A DNA stretch of 53,319 bases, filler included, from Sluysia triapertura (Eukaryota): assembly GCA_046118255.1 (NCBI GenBank). It is 4 parts of 4 records of this genome, joined end to end, with 100 filler letters (N's around TTAATTAATTAA, not from the genome) between each part and the next. Parts side by side here need not be neighbours in the genome. Positions count along the whole stretch, not along the records: positions 17,840 to 30,275 come from JBJNIA010109758.1; positions 30,376 to 41,896 come from JBJNIA010183790.1; 2 more parts are not named here. One strand, written 5' to 3'. Every line of letters begins with the position of its first letter. The first letter of the stretch is position 1. Shown in pieces: positions 26,704-39,538 of this stretch. The notes below the pieces were generated by a model. The model was not told the origin of the DNA and searched no databases. It was given only the letters and a program-made list of their open reading frames with translations. Position numbers and translations under genes: made by a program.

Positions 26704-27258
26704 TTTAATACAAGCATGAATTATAAATTTTTAAACAAAAAAACATTTTGTATTATAAATAAAATTTAAAGAAATTTAAACTAAGTCAATTTTTGTAGAA
26801 CAAATTTTTCTATATTATAAATCTATTGATAATTATAAAGTTATAAAAGTATTGGTATTATTTTTCAAATTTATAATGTGATCCTATTATTATTACAATT
26901 ACTGCTAATAATAACAATCATAATAATAAAATTAATGATAATATCGTTAAAAGTTTGGGTTATAAAATAATTACGTATGATAAGTATTCTAAATATTGAA
27001 ATTAGAAATAGATAAGAATATATATATTTATACATAATTTTTACAAGCTTGATTATAATTTTAAATACACTAAATAATTGTATTGCTTAAGATATTCGGT
27101 TCTTCTTGGTGTGCTTGTGCATGTTCATTATAATTTTGCAATATTTTTATTAATTTCATATTTTTATGAATGTAATTTCAAATTATGCTACCTGTAGTAT
27201 TTGATTATTTTTTTATGTAATATGAATATAAAAACTTGAATTTTCAGATATTTCTTTG

Positions 27259-27785
27259 TTACATGAAAATTTTGAAATATATCGAAGAATATTCATTCCA
27301 TGCACACATATCAATAATTGCTGAGTTATTTAAATAGTAGTTATTCAAATAGTTCAGACAGTTTTTTTTCAGGCTTACAATATTCGCTAAGTAAATTATA
27401 TTCATAAAAATTTTAATTTAAAATAAAACACTAACGTGTTTGACAATGTTGAGACGGTACATATGAATCTGTTGTATAATCAGGAATACTTTTGAATAAT
27501 TTTGAAATCACGAAAGGCGACTTTAATTCCGCGGGTGGTTCTGAATAATTATTGTAACTAGAATTAACTAAAGACTCAAATTCAGCTTCGTACATCATGA
27601 AAGGCACTGGTGTATGTGATTCAGCAGTTGTTGTTGTAAATAAGGCCGAGTGTTGAGATATTTGTTGTGACTGTAACGATAAAGAATCTGTGGATGTATA
27701 AAGCGGATTTTCACGAAAATGTTTACTGGAACGTAAATTAGTTCCTGGTATAAATTCCGGTTCACTTTTGTTACTTTCTTGACGT
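27259..27785 (-). CDS. 3' exons of an uncharacterised gene (exon 27785-27436, 49-nt intron, exon 27386-27259)
   Basis: A 350-nt exon open end to end between tttag and gttagt encodes Ser/Thr/Pro-rich RQESNKSEPEFIPG..RENPLYTS... A phase-compatible last exon runs to TAA. A possible upstream exon lies at 28301-28148. Missed by the ORF track. Confidence 0.55.
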
Positions 27786-28759
27786 CTAAATCAATTATAA
27801 AACAAATAATTTTACAAAAATAAGCGGAATAAAATTCAAGAACTCATAAAACTCGTAATTTTTAAAAACAAGAATAAACAAACAAATGTCATTACTAAAT
27901 TAATGCATAAATGAATTATAATATAGCTAAACCAATATTATAGAAGAAAATTAATTAATTAATATTGTCATAATTCATAAAGAAACTAAATATTTTCTAA
28001 TTATAAATTAAAATAATATTAAAAATGGAACAAAACAGGTACATTTTATAATAATTTAACGAAATAATATCAAAAACCCTAAAAACCCAATAATCCCAAA
28101 GTTTTAAAAGACTTAGAAGATAATAGAATAAAGATGTGAAATAAAACCTATCATATTTAAGTAAGTAGCCAGCAAAAAAACCACGGAAACACGTAGGAAT
28201 ATAAAAATATATGTTAGTGAAAAGAAAACGAACACTAATGAATGCTAAATTAGGGCTGGGACTTTGAAGGATTTTCCTGCACCAGTGCACCAGGAACAAC
28301 CCTATTCAATAATTAAACTCCCACTAAATGATTTAATAATAATGTATTATTCAGTTAAATATAATATAATAAAAACAAGAATGAAATTACAACATAACGT
28401 TATGAATTTCAATGATTTTTAATAAAATAAAGGTAGAACCAGATGTATATATTATACTATGTATGTATATTATATAGTATATAATGAAATACCTACTAAC
28501 AACTATTATTCCAGAATGAGACATGTCTTGTATTATAAAACATTGATTTCCCAATTAGAAATTTATTGTGAATATTCTAGAATTTTATTTCAAAAAAACA
28601 CTCAAGAAAATTCATGATTTTTAAGACCATTATATTGTCATTTATTTATTGATCATGTTCATAAGATAAAACTAAAAACCGGAGCAGAAAATTTATCTGA
28701 TGCACCGGGAACAACTCTATTACTAATACAAGTTTGTATGATCAGAATTATAATATAAG

Positions 28760-29728
28760 CTTTTAAGAGTATCACGCTAACGGCATCATGGGTGTAATTT
28801 TATTTTACAAATTTAATACATACATGTAATTATTTTTGACATAAGAATTACATATTTCATGAAAATTATAAAATATATTTTTTACACTTTTTGCAAATAA
28901 TGTTGCGGTGCCTTTTACAGCTCACAGAATATTTTTTATCTTATTTCCTTGCTTAGATGTGGATGGTGGTATTGGCATTGTTTCTTCAACCTTGTCATGA
29001 AGTATTTTTAAAATTATTATCAGATTATTCGGCAAATTCGATATTTTTAATTGATCTTTAAAAAGTGGTTCAATAAGAGAAAATTCTAATCTTGTCAGGT
29101 ATTATTTTAAAGCATTGCAAAACTGCAAGAATGGTGTTCCAGTTTATACCCGCTGAATTCACTAGTCCATATACTACTACCAGAAGCCATCTTCGAGTTA
29201 TTTGACTAACGGAGTAGTTTTTGCATAATTGATCAAATGTATCAACTCCTCTTTGTTGAGTTGTTTATGATTAATAGAACGAATGATTTAGGCATTTCTT
29301 CATCACTTTTCTATTTTTCCTCTTATATTGAACCCTCTCAATCAACTGTGTCTAGCATAATTTTTTCCAATTCATCTTTTTTGGAACGCCATATTATGAA
29401 ATTATTTTCGTGAAAATAAAATAAATATAATAAAATGAATAAAACACTTCTAAGATAAATATTTCCTTATCTCTCAACTTATAATTGTCTTACTAGAAAT
29501 AAAAATTATAACTGCACTACTTAATAGCAAATTTTAAAAAACTTACACTTACGGTATTATAAGAGAGAAATATCAACCCAGATCATTTTTTGTATTACGA
29601 AGTACATAACAACGTGAACTTTTTTTATAATAACGGTATCCCTATTTAAGGAAAAAATCAGTGTTATCTTTAATCTAGTTTTTTAATATTAGAAAAACAA
29701 TTGCAAGAGGTTATTTTATAAGGGTTAA
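28760..29728 (-). mobile_element. Internally deleted piggyBac element
   Basis: Minus-strand peptides NSTK/GVDTFDQLC, NYSVSQITRRWLLVVVYGLVNSAGIN and a Cys-rich tail IICKKCKKYI are piggyBac C-terminal signatures. Acidic N-terminus MAFQKDELEK near 29390. One end reads TTAA-CCCTT at 29728; the other end is uncertain. Confidence 0.8.
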
Positions 29729-30275
29729 TAAATAGATTAATAAGCAGTATAATAAAATATTAAATAAATCCAATAGTAAAGAAACTATTAGCACTTAAAT
29801 ATCGTGAAAAAGATAATATGAATAATTGGTTAAATTTGTAAATTATTGGATATTCGTGAAGAGATTAGTTCATGCTTCTAAGAATGAAAAATTTATTTCT
29901 ACTACGATGAAATTACAAAATAATGGATTAACAAATCAAATGAAAAAAAACAAATAATTTTAATAATGTTTCTCTATATCAGATGAGAATAATAGTAAAA
30001 GCATTTTTAAAAACTCCAGAAAATAAACCAAAAATGACAGCTTATTAATTGATTTTAATGACAAAGAAAGTATTAAATCAGTTAATGATAATATTAACCA
30101 ATCTCATCTTAATTACAAGTTGGAAAATCCACGTGGTTCTACTCAAACTTATAATTAATGATATTAATTAAATATGACAGTAATGATAATATATAATCAA
30201 TGTCGAACCCATATTTTACGTCACCCATATTTAAATTTAAAATATAATGGATAAAAATACAAGAGAAATTTTATA

Positions 30276-30375
30276 NNNNNNNNNNNNNNNNNNNNNNNNN
30301 NNNNNNNNNNNNNNNNNNNTTAATTAATTAANNNNNNNNNNNNNNNNNNNNNNNNNNNNNNNNNNNNNNNNNNNN
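30276..30375. other. Artificial contig-joining spacer
   Basis: N44-TTAATTAATTAA-N44. Confidence 0.98.
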
Positions 30376-31343
30376 TATATATTCGTAATTTATATAAAAG
30401 GGTTTTCGAATTAATGTCACAATAAAAAGAAAATCAAAATAAATCAATTTATGTCATCACTGTTAAAGTATAAATGTCACAATTAGGTAATGTGTAATAT
30501 TAAAGGCAAATGATGTATTCAATTATATAATGTAAAATCAAAAATGAATTATATTCAAAATTAATGTTACGTTTTAGATAAAATATTAAAAATTAATTAT
30601 TTGCAAACAATTACGATATAATATAAGTAAGGTATATATAATTATTAATATTATTAAATAATAATATTTTTTCTTAATTTTCTTTTATTTATGCAAATTA
30701 AAATTTACTCAAAATTAAATATTTTCCTGATTTTATTATAGTTTATTAAATTTTAATCAACTAACGATTAATTACTGCGACTATTACAAATGTTTCTTCA
30801 ATATGATTAAATCGCTTAGAATTCTCAACAATTATTTATAAAAACTTGTTTAAAATTTGAGTGAAACTTTTTGAATCATTCTAATATATATATATATATA
30901 TTTATATTGATCAGCCAATAATTTTAATGATAGTTACTAAACAATATGTAAACAATTGAATAATATGTTTTTAAACAATAATAAATAAATTAAATATAAT
31001 AGTTTCAACAATAAATATACCATATTTCTTTATTATTTATTTTTATTTAATAATTTAGTTTTTTACATATTTAGTTAATTTATTTAATTAATTTACATTA
31101 ATTTACAATTTTGCAATAATTTTATAATAAATTACAATAATTTCACAACAATTTTATAATTTTATTATGCAAAAACATTGACTCTGACGGCATTGAACTT
31201 AACTCTAATTCTATAGTTAATTAAATAGTTGATATTCGGTAAGGTCATTGAATGATATTATCCAATAAAAGGCACATTTGTTCGTTTCTGTTTCATCTCG
31301 ACACCAGTTCATTATGCAGCATCTTATTTGAAGGTGAATCAAT

Positions 31344-31889
31344 TTAATTCTGTTTCCCAATATTGTAGCATAAATATCTTTCTGATTTCATGCTAAAGAT
31401 ATTCGAGGCATGATATTTCTTGGTATGTAATTGTTTGTATCTTAAGTCTATCGTAGCGCCATTCGTATTCGATATACAAGATAAGTAAATGCATACCAAA
31501 ATTGTTGACCTTAATTTTGTCATTTGCCATTCTCCATAAATAAATTGTGTTTGATTAGCATATTCATAAATTGGAGGTGGAAACATTGGCATGCTTGGTG
31601 GAAGAGCATAATTATTTCTCTGTGGAATTGTACATGGATCATCGTTATAGTGATTATGCGTAAGACATAGATATTGACATTTGTTTGATAAAAACATAAT
31701 AATAGTTAGTACTACTATTGCAAGAGAAATTACAAACAATATTGCAGCTACAATTAATGCTGGATCGTTTCGCAATATTTCTAATATTGTTAAATGGTTT
31801 CTTGTTCCCTTTAATGCGAAGTGTAAATACTTTTGTGAGAAAAGTGAAGCAAATAGAATAAAAAAAGTTAAGTATTGTGAGTCCACCAA
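31344..31889 (-). CDS. Possible small membrane protein ORF (TM helix, PPxY motif, second hydrophobic segment)
   Basis: 181-codon open frame containing ALIVAAILFVISLAIVVLTIIMFL, PPPIY and MTKLRSTILVCIYLSCISNTNG. There is no ATG before the TM segment, so the start is uncertain. Confidence 0.4.
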   Translation of the reverse strand: MVDSQYLTFFILFASLFSQKYLHFALKGTRNHLTILEILRNDPALIVAAILFVISLAIVVLTIIMFLSNKCQYLCLTHNHYNDDPCTIPQRNNYALPPSMPMFPPPIYEYANQTQFIYGEWQMTKLRSTILVCIYLSCISNTNGATIDLRYKQLHTKKYHASNIFSMKSERYLCYNIGKQN

Positions 31890-32160
31890 CGTACTGGGCT
31901 TACCTGCTGGTGCCAGCCGTTGGATTTTTATAAGTGTAAAAGGAAAAATGAGGCTTTTGGTAATGTTTCTTGTCCGAAGATAGATATTTTAAGGGTTTTA
32001 ATTTGAGTTATTAAGTAATTTGAGTTTAGTTATATATTTTACGAATGATTCCCTTACATGGAATCAATAAATGAAAATATACGTTCTAGAAATAAATTCT
32101 AGATTTTTGAAAACTTCAAATAATGGGATTTTAATAGATTTTATAACTATTTAAGTTGAA
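31870..32160 (-). repeat. LTR-like repeat downstream of the Gypsy pol (probable 3' LTR)
   Basis: 31878-31928 aligns with 42038-42088, and 32037-32110 aligns with 42309-42385. Same orientation as pol; boundaries not defined. Confidence 0.5.
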
Positions 32161-33099
32161 AAGATCGTAAAACGAAAAAGTTCCTTTATTATATACAAAA
32201 ATTATACAAATACAATTAATAATAATGATAAAAAGTTACTTTAATTAACTATTGTTAGTTATTTATGTTTAATTTAAGTTTATGAAAGATTTTACCACGG
32301 ATCTTTATAAAATCCAAATTATGAACACAATATATTTTAAGTTTATTTTTCTTATGATATAAAATTTATATCAAATCTTACAAATTATCAAACTAACGTC
32401 ACTCAATAAAATATTTTTGTAGGATTGTCTTTATAATCTGGTTTGATCTAATAAGGTCTATTTCACTTTTGTACGAAACCTTTGCGTGTCTGACCAAAAT
32501 CTTGTTTTTAAAAATTTTAAAAATTTTGTTGTGTGAATTGTCGTTAAAAATACTCATTTAAATACTTGTTTTAGTCTGACTAAAACAAATATCAAAATAT
32601 TAAATTATTAAAACAAATATTACCTTTTGTGATGTTAATTTATTAATTTGAAATAATAAATTACATAGTTAAAATTCAATAATTTAAGATTTTAATTAAA
32701 ATAAATGATTAAATTAAAATAAAGTACCTTTAAAATATTACGCCCAAAAAATTATTATTTCCAAAATAAATGTCTTTAAATCAATATAAATAAATGTTGT
32801 TAAATTTTATATTCATCAAAATAAATGTTATTAAATCGTATAAATCAATAAGGTTCAAATAGATATTAATATGAACATACCGTGAAAGGATTCTTTAAAT
32901 CTTCATTAATATAATTTTCACATATTATCCAAGAGCTAAAATTAAGTCTAGCTGGTTTCAAAAGGCAAATCTAGCATGAATATTATTGTTTAATATTTTG
33001 ACTTTTACCTCGTTATCCAAATTTAAAGGTATGTTCGCCGCAGTAAATTACTGTAACCATTTTAATTAAGATTAATGGTATAAAATTTTATTATATGTA

Positions 33100-34190
33100 G
33101 GTATTCGTATTTTCCCACTAAAATGAAGTATAGTCCAGAGTATATGTAATACTGTGAATACCAATAATATGATTAAAAGTTTATAAGAAGGTTCTAATTT
33201 GCCTTCGTTTTCGAATTGTTTATTAGTTCGCTAGCTTTGGTAGATACTTCAGTGGTTTTCTTTATTTTTAAGTTGTTCTACATCTTCAATGAACTTCCAT
33301 ATATCCCACATATTATCAAGAAAAAGGATATTAGCATAGGTCTGTAACCATAATGTAGGCAATGTGGAATACCACCTATATGATGCGGTCTGCCACTTAA
33401 CAAAGGATTTAGATGAATACATTAAATTTCAAATTTATGTCGTAAAATTCTATTTTCCAATATTGATTATAAATGTTAGTGATTATTATCCTTTGTTCCT
33501 AACAATATTCATTTTCTTATATTCTTCGTCCGTTTCCGAGGCCATAATACTAGTTATAAGAGATAAGAAAGTGTAATCACTATGTATAACCTGAGATTCA
33601 GATGAATCAGAATTTACTTCTGATGTAACAGTTTAGTTGGTTGAAGACTGCCACGATATATACGACAAATAAAATGTAGAAGCAATGATATCAGGCAGTG
33701 GTAATTCCGAAGTTTGTAATGGTGATTTAGAAATTGGCGTTTGATATAAAATTATTTCATCTTCAACCTGTGAAACGATCAGTTGCAGTATAATTATATT
33801 TGATCCTGTTGGAAGTTTTATAAAACTTCACTTATTATGAATAACCATGTTCTCTAATTTATTAATAACATCTAAACCCAATATTAATTCGAATGGGCTA
33901 TTACCTCAAACATTCACGGAAGCTTTCACACATTGAACTAATATATCCACATAATCTAATAATACTCCAATTGATGTTTGATTAACGCTATATGTTGTTG
34001 TCATAGGTCTGCTAATGAATACTAATTCCAGGTAGTTAGAAAATTTCTATGTAATACTGATGTAGTGGCAATACTACCGGTGTAATACTACCGGTAACAA
34101 TGACTGCTCTGACCCATTTCCTATTAAACCTTACGTTTTGTATTATGTGAGCTAGATAATTCCTGTGAGGATGCATCATAAATACCACCT
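33100..34190 (-). pseudogene. Decayed extra ORF beginning with a retroviral-type aspartic protease domain, 3' of integrase
   Basis: VRFNRKWVRAVIVTGS (GTT in place of the GAT of DTG), TSVLHRNFL and SPFELILGLDVINKL. The same frame continues into a Ser/Thr/acidic region with few stops. The 3' limit is approximate. Confidence 0.7.
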
Positions 34191-34289
34191 GTTTATGTCA
34201 TAATGAATGGATTGAAAATGGTTTGTCCCTATTTCATGTTTTGGTTTAACCTTCAATCGTGATTTCATTACTATTCTATTCCTTCAGTT

Positions 34290-35665
34290 ATATTCCTCCT
34301 TTTGTGCAATTTTACATCTATTGGCATGCGCTACGAAAGTTTTAGAGTTAATTTTATTAGGATCTTTAACGAATATGTGTGTATCAGTAACCTTAGTTAC
34401 TACGTATGGACTTTACAAGGTTTGTGCAGTTTAGATGAATGACCTGGTTTTGACAACGGATAATATATAGTATTTCATCACCTACTTTTCGTATGACTTT
34501 TAGCTGTTTTGTCATATGTATCCTTATATATTTCTTGATAATACTTGATTTAAAGACCTGCAAGTTTCCAAGCATCCTGCAGTTGTTCTTGCATTACCAT
34601 CACATATTCGAGGATCTCAAAGTATTGTGAAGTCGGTGGAACCCATAAGAGTATCTGCTGTACATTAAATAAAATGAAGTGAAGCAAATAAGCATGACGC
34701 AATATATCGTTTGTCTATCGTTTACATAAAACTGAATCATATTAATAAGAGTCAGGTTGAATCGTTCCATTAATCCGTCAATTTGTGGATTATATGAAGA
34801 CGTTTAAATTCTAAGAACTATAAAAATCTTCGCTACTGATTTTTAGAATTCATACTCTGATCTGTCAATAATTTTCGTGGCGTACCATATCTATAAATAA
34901 TCTTTCTACTAGTATTTGCGCAACTGTTTCGGCCTTTTGATTTGGCATGAAATAAGCCTCTGGCCATTTGGTCAAGTAATCAGCGAATACAATTATATAC
35001 TTATTTACGTTAATTGTTTCCGAAAGAGGACCCATGACATACATAGCAGTAAATTCCATTGATGACAGTGGTAAGGGCATGGGCTTTAAAGGCACTTTTT
35101 TTCTGTCCAGTGTTTTTACGTCTAAAGCATATTGAGCAGTCTTTACACAATTTCTTTATATCAGACTCCATGTTTTCCCAATAATATTTCTTCTTTATCA
35201 TAGACAAAGTCTTTTTTGTTAACAAACGACCTCCTAATTGGCCATCATGAAATTGTATTAAAATAGGTATAATTAAGGACTCTGGAATGATTGTTTTGCA
35301 TTCATCTTTATTGTTTCTGACTCTTAGTATTCCGTCCATAATGGCTAATCGTTTCCCTTGTAACTCATTTAAGGTTCCTTTGGCCAATGCATCTAGAATG
35401 GCTGAAATTTCCTTATATTCTCTTTGATGCTTTATAATTTCTTTAGTATTTTGCGTTTTAGTACAAAATTAATATTTCCATGATCATCTACATTTGTCAA
35501 TCGAAACATGCAATCAGCTCCATTATTCAAATTACCAGGTTTATAAATAATTTCTAAATTAAATTCTGAAAGTTTGTTGAACCACATGTTTAGTCTGCTA
35601 ACTTCATCTCTACGATTGTATAAGTATGTTAAAGGTTTGTGATCAGTGTATATTAAGAATTCAAA
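34290..35665 (-). mobile_element. Ty3/Gypsy pol remnant: RNase H C-terminus + integrase
   Basis: Peptides in Gypsy order: FLIYTDHKPL..LSEFNLEIIYKPG..ADCMFRL; FHDGQLGG..YYWENMESDIKKLCKDCSIC (H2C2); KYIIVFADYLTKWPEAY..AETVA; SYNPQIDGLMERFNLTL; VAHANRCK. Truncated upstream of RNase H. Confidence 0.92.
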
Positions 35666-36277
35666 TAATTAATTCAGAATTGTGTGAATCGGTGTCAGTT
35701 GCACCAATATAACTTATATATGGAATACATATGACAAATCAAACAAAAGAAAAATGATGGAGTTAAACCTTCACTTTGTTCACTTATTATTAGACAAGTA
35801 GTAAAAATAATGAAGTCTTCACTAAATTTAAATAAACATAAACCCAAAGTATATCAATAAATCAGAAATAGATCATAACTTATTAACTAAATAGACCAAT
35901 GTTATTAGGATTTTCTTAAATAGATGCGCGCAGTTCTGTATTTTCAAACATTTCATTAAGTATAGGTTTAACAAATGTGGAGCAATTTAATGTTGAACAG
36001 TTTTAAAAAGAGATTTACGTTAAAAGACTTATAGTGAAGGTGTGCAACGTAAGGTAGGAGTATTTACAAATAAAATATGGAGAATCTTTTAGTGGTAATT
36101 AAAATGCCGATATTTTCAATTCTGAATCTCTCTATGGAATTGTAATTCATTTAGCTAAGAAGGACCTTAGATAGACTAGGTAAACTTTCTTTATAACACA
36201 ACATCACCATTCTGTCAATAATTATTATAATCAACATTTTAGACGTCGATTTCGTGATTCATTATCTCAATTAAGCA

Positions 36278-36534
36278 CAGTGGCTGACTAAGGCTAAAGC
36301 TGGCCCTATGCAATATTGTAATTCTAGGCCTATTTTTCAATCATGACACATTCTATGCATTTGGTAGTTTGGTTTTAAAGCATATAGTATGTAGTTCTAT
36401 TTAATTATCGGATTCCAAGATAAAAATGAAAAAAATAATATTATTTTATTTATATTAAAACCCTAATTTTCGGGACCCAAAAATTACGGGCCCTAGGCAC
36501 GTTCTTAGGTTGCCTAGGCCTTAGTCCGATCCGG
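36278..36534. mobile_element. hAT-type MITE
   Basis: 17-bp TIRs (cagtggctgactaaggc / reverse complement ccggatcggactaaggc), an 8-bp TSD attaagca / gttaagca, and subterminal ggccct motifs. Confidence 0.75.
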
Positions 36535-37964
36535 GTTAAGCAAACTAAAGTTATTCCTGTTTCCATTAATCCATTTTATCTTCAAATCCATGAAAATGGA
36601 AGAGTTGTTCTTTGTAAAATCGTTTTTATTTTCACTGGGAAAATGAAAATAGTAAAATACAGGTAAAATCTTTGTAAACTATATTTTAATCCCGATGTAA
36701 TGGGGATAATAATTTTCGTTTAAAATCATTTGTACTTTTGAAAAATTGAAGATCCTATTGGATTTTAATTTTAAAATATTAACTCTTTTGTGTTTCATTA
36801 TTTTAGTACTGCAGTTTTAATAGATCTTCGAGTTTGTGATTGTTTTCGTTTTTAGACTTAAAATTAACGAGAAGTAATTTATGGATTATAATAACGCAAA
36901 TTGCAGTTGAATTTTAATCGTATAAATTTAATAATTTTGAAGCAGATAATTATTAAAGAAAGTAAGTTATTAAAAGACCCTCAAATTACAATTAAGAAAG
37001 AATAATTAATATACCAATACTAATTGGTTCAAGATGTTAAATTTTATGCTAATATTTGCTTAATTATAGTTACATGAACGACATAAATGTTTGCTGTAAC
37101 CGAACTCTGTTCAATTTTATTTTGTCGTAGATTAGGAATTAAGAAAACCACAGCACTTTTAAAGAATCACATAATTCTTTTAACAATGCATTCTGTTGAA
37201 TTAATGGATGAATATCTTTGTTATGCATTTTGAATAAACTATTCTGTTCTTTTTGAGTTTCATAAAGCATCGAAAAAGATATTTCTTTAAACGTAAGTTT
37301 GTCTAGTAAAGTTTTAACATTGAAGTCCTATTTTAAACTTTTAGCACATATTTAAGGGCTCAAAAACAAAATATAAATTATTCATAAAGTGACTTTCAGA
37401 GTCAACAAGTAATGTTAAAATAAAAATTGTAATAACTAATTATAAATAAAAACATTTTATCACCATATAGATAAATTTATATTAAGGTATTTCGAATATT
37501 TAATTATAGAAGTTGTTATCTCTAATAAATATGAAAATAAGAATTATATCTTTGAAATAGATTTTAGCGCCAGTAAAATTGATGAAAACAGCTGTGCATT
37601 TATTAATTCAGTTTCTTGACGAACAATTTGGTGGCCACATGCCAGCACGAAAAGCATTATTAAAAATCAGTCGCGAAATTTTGAGTATTCTAAGAATTTA
37701 CACTTGAGTTTGAAAAAAGATTTAACCAAACACTAATTAATATGCTTCTATCATAGGTCAATGACAGAGAAAATGACTTGGATCTTTACATAGTTACATG
37801 TTCATTCACTTTGCTACACCGGAACATCAAATGTTCATTAAAGCATTTTTGACTACATGGGAGATTGTTATGATAGGTCAACCTAAAACAATATTATATA
37901 ATGTTAACCAATCATTAATGGAGTTTTGTTGTGTCACATAATAATTTTAGATAAGTATGTAAGT

Positions 37965-38334
37965 TGTGGTGGCCAACCTTTTCATTTAAAAGTTAAGTCA
38001 TTATTTCATCACATTAACTAACATTTTACATTTTATTTTTTCAGAATCAATCAAAACCTTTCTTTATATTTCAAAACAGTTAAATTCATAACATTATAAC
38101 ATCAAAATCATACTTACATTCAAACCTTAAATGTACATTTCAAATCTCATTTAAAACATTATATCTCACAATTCCACAACATTAGAATCACAATTTACAC
38201 CTTAAATTATAAAAGATATATTCTAAAATTAGCCCGAACATTCCAAGTTCTCAATCCGTTCACACACAATTATTGACATATTGGAAAAACTTTAAGCTCA
38301 CACTTCTTAATCATGTTTAACATTTTCGTCAACA
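37965..38334 (+). repeat. Probable solo LTR related to 14869-15282
   Basis: Begins TGTGGTGGCCAACC, ends GTCAACA, and has the same A/C-rich strand bias and similar length. Confidence 0.45.
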
Positions 38335-39538
38335 AAATTTTACTTAAGTTAAATTCATTTGGTTATATGTTAAGAAATTTTTATATTTTAACAAAAGAAA
38401 GATTATGTAAAAAGAATTTTAAAGATTTATGCGTATTGAATAATTTTATTTTATTTACTGATTTTATTATAATCATTACTATTTTAATCATGCTTATTAT
38501 CATCATTACCATTATTTGGCATTAATGCACAATTTACATCAGCAACTATCAGTAAGTGACAGTTTTAATTTAAATAAATCTGTATAACTGTATTAACTGC
38601 CAATTAGTGACAGTAAAATAAGCAAAATTTAATCATGTTTATTTTTGTGTATGCATTCTTGTAATGCTTATTGGACGTCCAATCAACAAAATTTTGTTTA
38701 CTCGTTTTCATTAAATGTCCAATCACAAGTCACATTTCTAATCGCTCATTATGAGGACAAAAGATTAAAAATAATTTCACAATTATAAATTTATTAGACA
38801 AATAATTACAAGAGTGCAACTCAAATAAAAACGGACAGACAATGTATTCTACGCAATTATTAAAACCATTATTGTTCATAATTGTCAAAAACTAATTTTA
38901 TGCAATTTGTAAAAACATCGTTTTAAAAGTTTAATCAACCAACTTGCTTTGATACTTCAATTAATTATATTTCAATGCAATTTTATACTATCCAATAACA
39001 GAAACGACTTTCTTATACTTCGAACTTCGAAATGTTGTGCAAGTAAGTCAAGAAATGTCAAATCGCTTAGAAGGTCAGTTAAATGAACCCAATAATTTAG
39101 TCAAAACTAAAAGTGTTCCTAACAACGCATACGCATAATCTTTTAGCGTATGAAGACAATGAAATAAAATCTTCAAATTTTCAATTCACTGATTCATATC
39201 AAAGATCTAAGATGTTATTTTATCAGTTTCATCTTCTAACGAATGTGTCACCAATCTATATTCTGTTCCAGGTACATGTGAATTTTTATCTAGAATTAAA
39301 CTAAACGTAATAATTCCTTCATTAATTCTTTAGATTCATCTTCAATGCTGAAATTACATCGTGATCAACAGTCATCATCAATCATGTCTTGTTCTGCTGA
39401 TGCTTTTAGTAACCGTAAATAGTATATGTGTTGACTTGGACCACGTTACCATATTCTGAAATATGTGATGAGTGTATAGAAAAGAAGTGCGCTACATGAC
39501 TGTACCTCTATTCGTGTTGACTTATCCGAAAGAATTTA

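Noticed and set aside
28268-28290. GAGKS Walker-A-like peptide on the minus strand
   Set aside because: The frame closes within a few codons and there is no ATPase context.
31878-31931. Hairpin as a spliced-leader RNA, U1 snRNA or known small ribozyme
   Set aside because: No clear Sm site downstream. The CTTACCTG match to U1 is only 8 nt, and the hammerhead, twister, HDV and pistol cores are absent.
37560-37900. Possible pogo DDE C-terminal remnant (NAFRAGMWP)
   Set aside because: Only one short motif and no TIRs found.
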